DNA of 63,961 bases, filler included, from Octopus bimaculoides (GCF_001194135.2; 5 parts of 5 records of this genome joined end to end with filler, not necessarily neighbours in it), one strand, 5' to 3'; positions 37,801 through 49,822 are shown, numbered from the whole stretch's first letter. The notes: generated by a model not told the origin, from the sequence alone. Translations and numbers: made by a program.

Positions 37801-38115
37801 GCGCCTTAGCTTTATGGCTATGGATATTTGTGCTACCAATACATACATATACATACATGCATACATATTTATATATATATATGTATGTATATAAGCAATG
37901 TTAATTCTCTAAATGAAGTATTAACAGTAACTGCACGATAAAGTGTCCTAGTGTGTCGATAAGCCAGCTGGAGGAGATGTCCTCCTGGGGCTAAAGCAAC
38001 AGTAACATCCACCCCTAGGGGTCAGCCACACTTAAGTGGCAATACACTTCACTATATGTATATATATATATTTGTATTAGTAGCACAAATATCCATAGCC
38101 ATAAAGCTAAGGCGC
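37801..38115. mobile_element. MITE-like foldback element with perfect 35-bp terminal inverted repeats
   Basis: GCGCCTTAGCTTTATGGCTATGGATATTTGTGCTA 37801-37835 and its exact reverse complement 38081-38115; no clear TSD. Confidence 0.7.
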
Positions 38116-38165
38116 AAGTTCATACTTCCTGATTTTCTTAAACGATTTGGAAGTAGAAGAAAATG

Positions 38166-38322
38166 GATATAATAACATTGGGAAACTCGTGGTTTTCGCT
38201 GGTATGCCATTAATTAATTAGATAACAAACAAAGACTGCTTCTTCCTTCTTTGTTATTTAATTACTTATAGACATCTAATTAATTACAGCGAAAACCACG
38301 AGTTTCCCAATGTTGTTATATC
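38166..38322. mobile_element. Foldback element with 36-bp inverted repeats (1 mismatch)
   Basis: GATATAA(T/C)AACATTGGGAAACTCGTGGTTTTCGCTG at 38166-38201 and 38287-38322, plus inner TAATTAATTAGAT arms. Confidence 0.7.
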
Positions 38323-38519
38323 AATTATCTTCTCCTATATAACCTAAACTTCGGTTTACCAAAACCGAACCACCTGCTTACCGTACAACCTTACAAAAGA
38401 CTGTACCTACCCAGGTAATAACCAGGAGCGACCCTGGATTTAATTATCCCTTAGAGGTATTAAACCCCTCCAACTGATACCTACTATATATATACATATG
38501 CATATATATATGCATATAT

Positions 38520-38612
38520 ATATTCTTTATTTGTTTTTCTTCTTTAAGCCATTGGACTGTAGCCATACTGGGGTGCAGCCTTAGAGAGCTTAATCGATCA
38601 AATCGACCCTAG
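38520..38612 (-). mobile_element. 3' fragment of SINE family B
   Basis: GCCATACTGGGGTGCAGCC...TCGATCAAATCGACCCTAGTAC. Confidence 0.55.
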
Positions 38613-38629
38613 TACAAATTTATATATGC

Positions 38630-38693
<64 letters not shown>

Positions 38694-39181
38694 NNNNNNN
38701 NNNNNNNNNNNNNNNNTTTTTTTTTTTTTTTTTTTTTTTATGTGTTTCAGCCAAGTGGCTGCGTAGATTTATTGTATGTTTATACATTATAGCGTTAAGA
38801 AACCAACCTTAAACACAGTTTTGATTACACTTATTGATAACCGTTAGAATTATCGACTCCCAAAGTATATATTGTTCTCCCATTGAGAGCGGAATTGTGT
38901 ATATTTGCTTGTTTTGTCTGATTTTTGATGGGTTTCTTTTCGGCTTTTCTATGTTTATATCATTGTTTTCCGTTTTTACTTATAATATATCAATTTTTAT
39001 TTTTATTTTCTTAGTTTCCCTGTATCGAAGCTACAGTTTGTAGAATGGGGTGTTTTATATGTTTGTATGTATGTCTGCATACACATACATACACGCAACC
39101 GCACACACACATATGCATATATATAGATGTATGTCTTTGCATATATGTATATTTATTTGCACACACATATACATAGAGCAG

Positions 39182-39246
<65 letters not shown>

Positions 39247-39500
39247 NNNNNNNNNNNNNNNNNNNNNNNNNNNNNNNNNNNNNNNNNNNNNNNNNNNNNN
39301 NNNNNNNNNNNNNNNNNNNNNNNNNNNNNNNNNNNNNNNNNNNNNNNNNNNNNNNNNNNNNNNNNNNNNNNNACAATATATAATATAAAATAAAATAAAA
39401 TAAAAATGGATGGCACCATGAAATAAAGTATTGAATGTAGATGAAATATTGAGTGTTCAATATAAAGGATCAAATATATAAATATAAATATAAATATATA

Positions 39501-39542
39501 AAGTCGACTCGAGTTTCAGGGCTATTTCCCTTCGTCATGGCC
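39501..39542 (-). ncRNA. Minimal hammerhead ribozyme, second PLE family (C3-to-A variant)
   Basis: Minus strand GGCC-ATGACGA-AGGG-AAATAG-CCCT-GAAA-CTCGAG-TC|GACT: paired stem II, palindromic stem III, GUC cleavage triplet. Confidence 0.6.
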
Positions 39543-39589
39543 GGTATACTTGTATATATCTAAATACATTCACATGTACACACACGTAG

Positions 39590-39617
39590 GGGGATAGATA
39601 GATAAATGAATAAATAA

Positions 39618-39685
<68 letters not shown>
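39590..39685. repeat. (GATA)n microsatellite
   Basis: Direct reading. Confidence 0.93.
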
Positions 39686-40716
39686 GGGTAGGTTGAGTAT
39701 AAAAAATATTTAAAGAATTGTATCTGGTTGGTGGGAGAGTCAAGAACAGACTGAATCAAAGAGAAAATGAAGTGAAAACTACCATTGTAGTTGAAGCGCC
39801 TTAAACAGAAGAAGAAAGCTGTTTGCTATTTTATATAAGCTTAGAGCTTTTGCCGATCATCGCGCAATGACTAAGGAAAATAGTCTAATAAAGGGGGAAT
39901 ACAAGCCCACGACAGAAGAAGGAAGGCTTGACTTTTTGAAATCTTTACACATCAATAACCGGTACTCTACACAGAACACTTCGCCATTCTTCATTTTCCT
40001 TGTTACGAAAAAGAACTGCCTCCAGGTCTCAGTTATTCTCCGCTGTCCAAGAAGGAAAATTTAATAAATTATATAAAAATAAAGGAACATTAATATGTTT
40101 GGCATTCAGGACACATTCTATGCATACTTTATTATACAAATTCATGCAACCGGCTCTTTGGAATTATTTTCCCGTTGATACTTTTTGTTTTAAAGAATAT
40201 AAACACAGTCACTTTATATTCCTGGCCCGATTTCAAATTTGTGTAGCTTTAGCTATTGATCTAGCAGTGTGTGTTGTGCGTATGTGTGTGTGAGTGTGTA
40301 TATGCATATATTCGTATATANNNNNNNNNNNNNNNNNNNNNNNNNNNNNNNNNNNNNNNNNNNNNNNNNNNNNNNNNNNNNNNNNNNNNNNNNNNNNNNN
40401 NNNNNNNNNNNNNNNNNNNNNNNNNNNNNNNNNNNNNNNNNNNNNNNNNNNNNNNNNNNNNNNNNNNNNNNNNNNNNNNNNNNNNNNNNNNNNNNNNNNN
40501 NNNNNNNNNNNNNNNNNNNNNNNNNNNNNNNNNNNNNNNNNNNNNNNNNNNNNNNNNNNNNNNNNNNNNNNNNNNNNNNNNNNNNNNNNNNNNNNNNNNN
40601 NNNNNNNNNNNNNNNNNNNNNNNNNNNNNNNNNNNNNNNNNNNNNNNNNNNNNNNNNNNNNNNNNNNNNNNNNNNNNNNNNNNNNNNNNNNNNNNNNNNN
40701 NNNNNNNNNNNNNNNN

Positions 40717-40767
<51 letters not shown>

Positions 40768-40810
40768 ATATGTCCGTACGCGTGTGTGTGTATGTATTTA
40801 TGTATTTATG

Positions 40811-40841
<31 letters not shown>

Positions 40842-41403
40842 GTGTGTATGTATGTATGTATGTATGTATGTATGTATGCATGCATATATGTATGATAAAT
40901 ATATATCTATATACACCTAGATACCTAGATACATATATATATATATGCATATATGTAAGTGTATATGTATGAGTATATATCTCTGGTTGCGTGTGTTTAT
41001 GCCTCTGAGGTGCATTTATTTATATAAACTTTACATAAGAAACGTGTTACAAATTTAACGTAAACAAACAATGCACTGTAATACCATATTATATATGTAT
41101 ATTCTTCTACTGCCTCCTTTTCTTTATTCTCTTCGCCATTCATCTTCTTTCATGTAGTCTACTTTATAATATACGGTAGATCTTATGATTGTGCTTACTA
41201 TTCAGCCTCTCTTGTGTGTTAGAAGGAAATATAGATATCTATGTATCTCAGTGTGTTTATGTACGTGTGTATCTCTGTATGTGTGTGTGCACGTTTGTTT
41301 ATCGTAGTATCGTAATAGTGTTGCAGTGTATAATATGTAAGAAATAACATAAGTACATACATACACACATATATACGTGTACATGTGTGTGTGTTTGTGT
41401 ACG

Positions 41404-41443
<40 letters not shown>

Positions 41444-41464
41444 TTTTAACTTTAAAATTTTCAT

Positions 41465-42530
41465 TTTCTCTTCTTGTTTTCATTTTCCCTTCTTCTTTTC
41501 TCACCTTTTCCTTTTGAACTTCCTCCTCATTTTAACATACATATCTCTTCACTCCTCTCTNNNNNNNNNNNNNNNNNNNNNNNNNNNNNNNNNNNNNNNN
41601 NNNNNNNNNNNNNNNNNNNNNNNNNNNNNNNNNNNNNNNNNNNNNNNNNNNNNNNNNNNNNNNNNNNNNNNNNNNNNNNNNNNNNNNNNNNNNNNNNNNN
41701 NNNNNNNNNNNNNNNNNNNNNNNNNNNNNNNNNNNNNNNNNNNNNNNNNNNNNNNNNNNNNNNNNNNNNNNNNNNNNNNNNNNNNNNNNNNNNNNNNNNN
41801 NNNNNNNNNNNNNNNNNNNNNNNNNNNNNNNNNNNNNNNNNNNNNNNNNNNNNNNNNNNNNNNNNNNNNNNNNNNNNNNNNNNNNNNNNNNNNNNNNATA
41901 TATATATATATATATAACGGAGTCTTGTGTGAATGAAAATTTGAGAATGCAGTGGTAGTATTAAGTGGATAGAGAGGAGAGAAGAGATATGTATGTTAAA
42001 ATGAGGAGGAAGTTCAAAAGGAAAAGGTGAGAAAAGAAGAAGGGGAAATGAAAACAAGAAGAGAAAATGAGAAAAAAGATTGAAACAATACTACCACTAC
42101 ATACTCAAATCTTCATTTACACCACAAAACCCCTTTGAATGAAGAGCATATGGAATCTACGTCTCCACACTTTCCATTTTTAATGACCAAATATGATGTC
42201 CTATTGGAATTTACATACCACGGACAAGAAACATTTCTACAACTTCTAAGTATCACCTTCCTTGTATAATGGAACTGCAACTATAACATCTTTATATATT
42301 TTTATTTTTATTTCTACATTCATTCTCCTATTTCCATCTATACTCCTTATTACCTTCCTTTTCTAAAATACCTCCTTATATTGAACTGTATTTAACCATC
42401 TCACATCGTCTCTGATGAAGGGATATCCCAAATATCCCAGAAACAGCTGTAAAACTAACTTTCTCTTTATAAATGTCCTGAAAATTCCACACGGTCTTGG
42501 TTTTATTGTTTACATTGTGAGTACAGTGTA
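41465..42530 (+). mobile_element. Penelope-like element 3' end and pLTR with inverted segments
   Basis: 41465-41560 is a near-exact reverse complement of ~41975-42070; 41920-41965 inverts 42087-42130; 42100-42180 reads ...KSIWNLRLHTFH (GIY-YIG C-terminus-like); downstream region resembles 9088-9556 and holds a hammerhead. Confidence 0.65.
42408..42455 (+). ncRNA. Minimal type I hammerhead ribozyme (best-preserved copy)
   Basis: GTCT-CTGATGA(42412-18)-A-GGGATAT/ATATCCC stem II-A-GAAA(42440-43)-CAGCTG palindromic stem III-TA|AAAC; A.A mismatch at stem II base and one stem I mismatch. Confidence 0.7.
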
Positions 42531-42679
42531 GGTATTGAAAAGCTTCGATATATATTTACAGCAATGTTGGAGTTATTTGACAAAATTACAAGAAACTATT
42601 TATTGTTTCAAACAATAGGTGATTTGCTGTTGGTTTAGGTATTAATGCTTGACTGTACAGAGAACGGTGGAAGGAAAAT

Positions 42680-42682
42680 AAC

Positions 42683-42721
<39 letters not shown>

Positions 42722-42725
42722 ATAA

Positions 42726-42769
<44 letters not shown>

Positions 42770-42782
42770 GCAGACAGACAGA
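42680..42782. repeat. (GATA)n microsatellite
   Basis: Direct reading. Confidence 0.93.
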
Positions 42783-43816
42783 CTGTGTTAGAAAAACAGA
42801 AAGACACACAAACATATAAATAAGAAGACAGATAGAAATGTCAGAAAGATAGATCGATACGATAAGTGACAGTATTAATGGCTGCATGGTTGGATAGAAT
42901 AACATGGCGGAACTAAAGAATAGTGCAATAAATAAAATGATAGATTCTCAGATTGAACAACATGACAGATTCACATAATTATTAATTACACTAAATTAAA
43001 TGATTTAACAAATAACTATAGACTGTGAATCTGGCTGCCAGATAAGTCGGTAATATATTATTGCTGTTTGGGTTTATTTCAGACATGTTCGTTGTTGGTT
43101 TTCGTTTTTTTCTTCTTCTTTTTTTTTTATCACGAATAACTTAGCATGGCGAGATTTATTCGGACACTCATTTCACTTTGCAGAGATGTAGTGCGCGTAT
43201 GTGCGTTTGCTTGTATGTATGAATGTTTGGTTGTAATTGTGTGTTTCTATATACATATATATATATATATATATANNNNNNNNNNNNNNNNNNNNNNNNN
43301 NNNNNNNNNNNNNNNNNNNNNNNNNNNNNNNNNNNNNNNNNNNNNNNNNNNNNNNNNNNNNNNNNNNNNNNNNNNNNNNNNNNNNNNNNNNNNNNNNNNN
43401 NNNNNNNNNNNNNNNNNNNNNNNNNNNNNNNNNNNNNNNNNNNNNNNNNNNNNNNNNNNNNNNNNNNNNNNNNNNNNNNNNNNNNNNNNNNNNNNNNNNN
43501 NNNNNNNNNNNNNNNNNNNNNNNNNNNNNNNNNNNNNNNNNNNNNNNNNNNNNNNNNNNNNNNNNNNNNNNNNNNNNNNNNNNNNNNNNNNNNNNNNNNN
43601 NNNNNNNNNNNNNNNNNNNNNNNNNNNNNNNNNNNNNNNNNNNNNNNNNNNNNNNNNNNNNNNNNNNNNNNNNNNNNNNNNNNNNNNNNNNNNNNNNNNN
43701 NNNNNNNNNNNNNNNNNNNNNNNNNNNNNNNNNNNNNNNNNNNNNNNNNNNNNNNNNNNNNNNNNNNNNNNNNNNNNNNNNNNNNNNNNNNNNNNNNNNN
43801 NNNNNNNNNNNNNNNN

Positions 43817-43848
<32 letters not shown>

Positions 43849-43854
43849 AGTATA

Positions 43855-44075
43855 TATGTATGTTATTTCAGTTATTTGACTGCGGTCGTGCTGGAGCACC
43901 ACCTTGAGGGCTCGAACAAATTGATCCTAAGTTCTATTTCTTAAGCCATCCTAGTACTTATTCTATCGCTCACTTTTGCCGAACCGTTAAGTTACGGAAA
44001 CGTAAATACACTAACCGGTTATCAAAGAGTGCTGAAGGGATAAACATAGACAGAAAGACACACATACACACATAT
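43855..44075 (-). mobile_element. 3' half of SINE family B
   Basis: TTTGACTGCGGTCGTGCTGGAGCACCACC...CTAGTACTTATTCTATCG...GAACCGTTAAGTTACGG. Confidence 0.8.
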
Positions 44076-45401
44076 GTTTTCCGTTTGTTTTTGCTTTTAT
44101 TATGTCTTTTTTAGCTTATTAATTAACGGAACGCCAGAGACCCTTGACTTTTATACAATAAGTATTTATATATTCGTGCGATGTCTTTTCCTATCCCTCT
44201 TCATCTTCCTTCTTTCTCCTTTTTTCTCTCTCCGTTTCTTCCTCTCACTCTCTTTCTTTCTCCTCCTCCCTCTCTGCCCTCTGTTTGTTTCTCTTTCTTC
44301 CTTCTACTTTTCTCCTTCCAGCTATGGGACTATCACACCGGATAACCATTGCTTTTGGTGTCCTTCCAGAGGATCTGTCCTCAGGCACACACGAGATACA
44401 AGGTAATCTCCAGCATACACTGAATGAGTGCGCTGCCGAGCGTCACAAGACATCAGTGAGAATTAGTGTTGCGCTGACTTAATTGAGCTTTCCAATAAAG
44501 TGCACTCAGTGTCCTCTGTAAGTTAGTGAAACATCACTGAGCCAAGACGGAAGGAGTCATACACACACACACACACATATATACATATGTATACATATAT
44601 ATATACACTCATACACATGTGTATATTATTAATATATATATATATATATATATANNNNNNNNNNNNNNNNNNNNNNNNNNNNNNNNNNNNNNNNNNNNNN
44701 NNNNNNNNNNNNNNNNNNNNNNNNNNNNNNNNNNNNNNNNNNNNNNNNNNNNNNNNNNNNNNNNNNNNNNNNNNNNNNNNNNNNNNNNNNNNNNNNNNNN
44801 NNNNNNNNNNNNNNNNNNNNNNNNNNNNNNNNNNNNNNNNNNNNNNNNNNNNNNNNNNNNNNNNNNNNNNNNNNNNNNNNNNNNNNNNNNNNNNNNNNNN
44901 NNNNNNNNNNNNNNNNNNNNNNNNNNNNNNNNNNNNNNNNNNNNNNNNNNNNNNNNNNNNNNNNNNNNNNNNNNNNNNNNNNNNNNNNNNNNNNNNNNNN
45001 NNNNNNNNNNNNNNNNNNNNNNNNNNNNNNNNNNNNNNNNNNNNNNNNNNNNNNNNNNNNNNNNNNNNNNNNNNNNNNNNNNNNNNNNNNNNNNNNNNNN
45101 NNNNNNNNNNNNNNNNNNNNNNNNNNNNNNNNNNNNNNNNNNNNNNNNNNNNNNNNNNNNNNNNNNNNNNNNNNNNNNNNNNNNNNNNNNNNNNNNNNNN
45201 NNNNNNNNNNNNNNNNNNNNNNNNNNNNNNNNNNNNNNNNNNNNNNNNNNNNNNNNNNNNNNNNNNNNNNNNNNNNNNNNNNNNNNNNNNNNNNNNNNNN
45301 NNNNNNNNNNNNNNNNNNNNNNNNNNNNNNNNNNNNNNNNNNNNNNNNNNNNNNNNNNNNNNNNNNNNNNNNNNNNNNNNNNNNNNNNNNNNNNNNNNNN
45401 A

Positions 45402-45437
<36 letters not shown>

Positions 45438-45782
45438 ACATACAAATTTATATATGTGTGTGTTTGTGTGTGTGTGTGTGTTTGAAATAAATAAAATATG
45501 GATTCTCGGATAATAACTAGAACAAAATATATGAACAAAGCAAAGAACATAAAACTATGCAAAAATTGCTAGGGAAGATACAAAGATGGAAAGAGAGGAA
45601 GAACGATCAAATGTGTAGGAGTAAAGAAAATTATGAATAATATATGAGAAATACTGTTTATTCAAACATTGGTAAAAACAAACGTAACAAATTTGGAAGC
45701 GTTCGTAAAGTCTTTTTTTTTTTTCATAATTGAGATTTATCATATTTCACGAGAATGAAATCTATAGCAACGCATATAGACA

Positions 45783-45932
45783 CAGGTATGGCTGCTTGGT
45801 CGGTTTGCAACCACTTTCTTTTGAGTTCAGTCTTAGTGAATGATACATTTAACAAGTGTCCTTGGCTCCAGTTCGGCCAATGACTTGACTTGTGAAGGAA
45901 TTTGGTCAGAACTTGTTTGAAATACCGTCGTA
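45783..45932 (+). mobile_element. Decayed 5' part of SINE family B
   Basis: GGTATGGCTG...GAGTTCAGTC...CAAGTGTC...CTTGTGAAGGAATTTGG...CCGTCGTATAT. Confidence 0.5.
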
Positions 45933-45974
45933 TATATATAGAGATACATATATGTATACATACATACATATATA

Positions 45975-46074
45975 NNNNNNNNNNNNNNNNNNNNNNNNNN
46001 NNNNNNNNNNNNNNNNNNTTAATTAATTAANNNNNNNNNNNNNNNNNNNNNNNNNNNNNNNNNNNNNNNNNNNN
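45975..46074. other. Artificial scaffold-join linker 44N-TTAATTAATTAA-44N
   Basis: Exactly 100 bp. Confidence 0.93.
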
Positions 46075-46104
<30 letters not shown>

Positions 46105-46109
<5 letters not shown>

Positions 46110-46520
46110 TTCGTTTTTTTTACTTTTTACTTGTTTTAGTCATTAAACTGTTGCGAAGCAAGGGCCCACTGCCTTGAATTATTTTAATCAAACTTATCGA
46201 CTCCAGTATTTATTTATTTAATTTTTTTTGTAGTAAAGCCAGTACTTATTCTTTTGGTCTCTTTTGTCAAACTACTAAATTGCAGGGACGTAAACACATC
46301 GACATCGATTGTCAAGCGGTGGTTGGGTGACAGACACATTACTTAAAGACACACACACATCATATACACACATGACGGGTTTCTTTCAGTTTCCGTCTCA
46401 CAAGGCTTTGGTCAGTCCGAAGCTATAATATAAGACACTTGTCCTCGGTGCCACGTAGTGGTACCGAACCTGGAACTATCTAGTTGGGAAGCAAATTTCT
46501 TACCACACAGCCACGCTTTG
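46105..46520 (-). mobile_element. SINE family B, near full length
   Basis: Collinear similarity to 31790-32244. Confidence 0.8.
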
Positions 46521-47224
46521 TAAGCCAGTTGTCTGCTAGGAATTATTGCAAGTATAGGATTTTTATCATTATTAAAAGTCATCTGGATTGTGTGCATGTG
46601 CCTGAGAGAGAGAGAGAGATAGAGAGAGAGAAAATGTATTGTTTATGTGTCCTTGACACATGAGCCATATAAACGATTAATAGAACTGTTTCCTGTTTTC
46701 ACGATATGTAAGTTCTTTTCATACGTTTTGTGATTAGCGATATTAAGCGCTTTCTCTATGACACTCCTTGCTCGTTTTCTTTCCTTTTTTTTTCTTTTTC
46801 TTTCTCTTTATAAAAGTTGAAATTTTATTCAGTTTTACAGTTTTTGTTATATGACACTCAACACAATTTCCTCAATGATTAAATAAACATAATTCTAGGT
46901 TCTGGGTTTAATCTTTTCTTTATAATAGCTACAGAAACAAGAAAATAAAAACGAAAAGAAGAAAAAAGTGGGCAAACTAATATATTAACTACCTCTCATA
47001 CTCTACCATTTCTTTTTTCATTTAAAACTGAAAAATAAATGTGACTCATAAAATATCCACTTCGAAATGGTAACTAAATCTCTCTCAAAAACATGTTTAT
47101 TGTTTCTCACATTGCTAATCTTAACCATTTTAATTTTATTTCAATTTTTTTCCTTTTGGCTGCCAGCATCAATTCTTGATTTCATATTCAGTGTAATGAT
47201 ATACTTTTATTGGCTAATGAATGA

Positions 47225-47800
47225 TGGGAAAATCATTTTCGCTATAAATCCATAAATAAAGAGTTATTAGCAATTAAAATTCGAAAATTTTGGTAATTTT
47301 AGCCAATCGTAAGCCACAGATACATTTCATGCCTGTTTCCATTGTAACAAGCAGAACATGAAAACTCTTGTCTACGAGAAAGCGCGTGCCTGTTTCCACA
47401 GTAACAAGAGGAATGGAGAACTCTTTTATCTGCGAGAAAGCATGTGTTGACAAATTTGATGCTGTGTTCTGTTGGAAATTTTACTGTTTGATTATGGCAG
47501 CAAGCTCCTGTAACCTCGCTTCTATGATGGAGACATTGAATACAGGAGGATGATGTGTCGTACCTTCAAGAAAAGGGTATTGTACCCAAATACCTTCATT
47601 GTATTTCAAAGTGTTCACACACGCTGGTTATTATAAGAGAAAGAAATCTTTTGAGCTTTGGCTATCACTTTCACTTTTGCTGTAACAACTGGTTGTTAAA
47701 AAGAGCAAGTGATGTTCTGAACTTGTGGATCGCCTATTAACAATCATTTCTGTGCTACTGAGAAGTACTGCTATACTAAATTACATATGCACAAATACTT
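47225..47800. mobile_element. Unclassified DNA-transposon-like repeat
   Basis: Internal direct repeat TGCCTGTTTCCA(T/C)(T/A)GTAACAAG; weak hAT C-terminus-like minus-strand peptide FNVSIIEARLQELAAIIKQ. Confidence 0.3.
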
Positions 47801-47874
47801 CACATTTTTCTTGTTCTTTAGTGATTTTTCATCATATGAATATTTTAACGATGCAATTACAACCTTATCAATAC

Positions 47875-49822
47875 ATCCTTTTACTTATATGGCCCTTCGG
47901 GGTCCATATAGAATTTTATTGCTAAAATTAATGCAATAAATTGCTTATACTGCTACAATACACAAGATATTTTAATTTTTTTAATATAATTCTTAATAAT
48001 ATAATTTTATCCAATATTTTATATCATTACAAATGTAGAAAAGTAGACAGTAACAATTGATTACATCAACATCAAAGAAGAAGATGTAATACTGGCAATA
48101 GATGTCGTAGACACAAACTCAGCTACTGGCCCCGATGGATTACCTGCAATCCTTCTTAAGTCACGCAAACGAGCCTTTGCAAAGCCACTGCAGCTTCTTT
48201 TTCAAAGCTTCCTTACAAATGGTAAGCTCCCAGAAAAACTGAAGGAAGGAATTATATGCTCTAGTCATAAAGGAGGAAGCAGAGTAGATGCTAAAATCTA
48301 TAGGTCTATTTCTCTGACCTTACACATCAGCAGTCATGGAATGAATTGTCCAAAAAAAAACTAATTGCATTCCTTGAAGAGAATGACTTGCTGACTGACA
48401 CCCAGCACAGCTTTCGACCAGGTAGAAGCTACCTGACATAGCTCTTGTGGCACTACGGTTGGGTGTTAAAACAGCTACTCAACAACTCAAATGTAGACGT
48501 GATATATTTTTGCAAAAGCCTTTGATTAAGTCGACTATGGTATGTCACAAGCTGCGTAATCTTGAAAGAGTCGGAAAGCTTGGGGTATGGCTGCATGTCT
48601 TCCTAAAAGATAGAAGTCAGTGTTAGCCAACAGGGCTACCTCCAAGGAAACACAAATAATAAGTGGTGTCCCACAGGGGACTGCCTTAGGGCCACTGCTA
48701 TTCGTAGTGGCCCTCAGCTGCTCAGATAGTTTTCCTTGCTAGCTATGCAGATGATACAAAAGTCTCTCAGAGGACACAAAATCCTGGAGTTGTTGCGCAT
48801 CTGCAACTGGAGTTGCACGCAATATACAGGTAGGCTGAGGAAAATAACATGCATTTTAATGTTAGAAAATTCCAAGCCTTGTCTATGCGCTGCCAATACA
48901 CGAAGCTGAATGAAAAATGGACAGGATATACTGGCCCAGGAAGGATGGCAATCCCTGAATCAAAATCAGTGCGCGACCTGAGCATCGACATGAATAATGA
49001 TGCATTTTTCCATATGCATATTACTAAGTTGGCAGTAAAATACAGACAGTTGGATCCCTAAAAGTTTCAGAACGAGAGAACAGGAAACTATGATGGTATT
49101 CTGGAGGACATTTGTCCTCAGCCGTTTAGATTATTGCTACCTACTATGGTCACCACACAGTGTAAAACTAACAATGGAACTCGAAGCAATCCAGCGAAGC
49201 TACACAAAGAAGATCATCTCATTGTGACATGGTATCTACTGGGAAAGACTGCAAAAGTTAAGACTACTCTCTAGAACGAAGGCGGGAAAGATATGCAGTG
49301 ACTTACGTCTGGAAAACCCTAGAACTTGTACTTAACTTTTGCATTGAAAGTTGCACAAACAGCACAACAGGGCGCCACTGCATAGTATGCAAAATTTTAA
49401 CATTGCCATCAGGGTACAGGACCAGATACTGCAACAGCTTGGATTTCAAGGGCCTACAACTCTTCATTTTCCTCCCACAAAGCCTAATGGACTTACATGG
49501 AGTGGATATAGGTGTCTTCAAAACAACACTGGATCTCCTGTTAAGAGTTCTGGATGAACCTACCTCGCGGCAAGAAAGACAAATGAGGGCCGCAACATCA
49601 AACTCTCTCACTCACCGAATGTTACATATTAGAGGAAATTTAGTGAAAGTGTAGCGAAGCTAACGGCGGTGCTCCAGCTCTCGAGCAGAAACTAGTAAAG
49701 AAAAATTATAGAAATAAAGTAAGATTGGTTTTGTCATGTACAACGAATGGCTTTGCGGCTCCAGCAGGGTGAAATAGGAATCAAAGAGGATCCATAGGCA
49801 AAAAAATGGTTGAGAGACATTG
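47875..49822 (+). mobile_element. hAT/Charlie-like MITE split by a CR1 insertion (halves ~47875-48015 and ~49700-49822)
   Basis: Left half matches 54311-54430; right half ends ATAGGCAAAAAAATGGTTGAGAGACATTG, matching the 54544 TIR end. Confidence 0.6.
48045..49650 (+). mobile_element. 5'-truncated CR1-clade LINE, decayed RT
   Basis: SATGPDGLPAILLK, LPEKLKEGII..HKGG....IYRSISLT, KAFD, SGVPQGTALGPLLF, YADDTK, RDLSIDM..D, RLDYC..LWSP; many stops and frameshifts. Confidence 0.9.
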
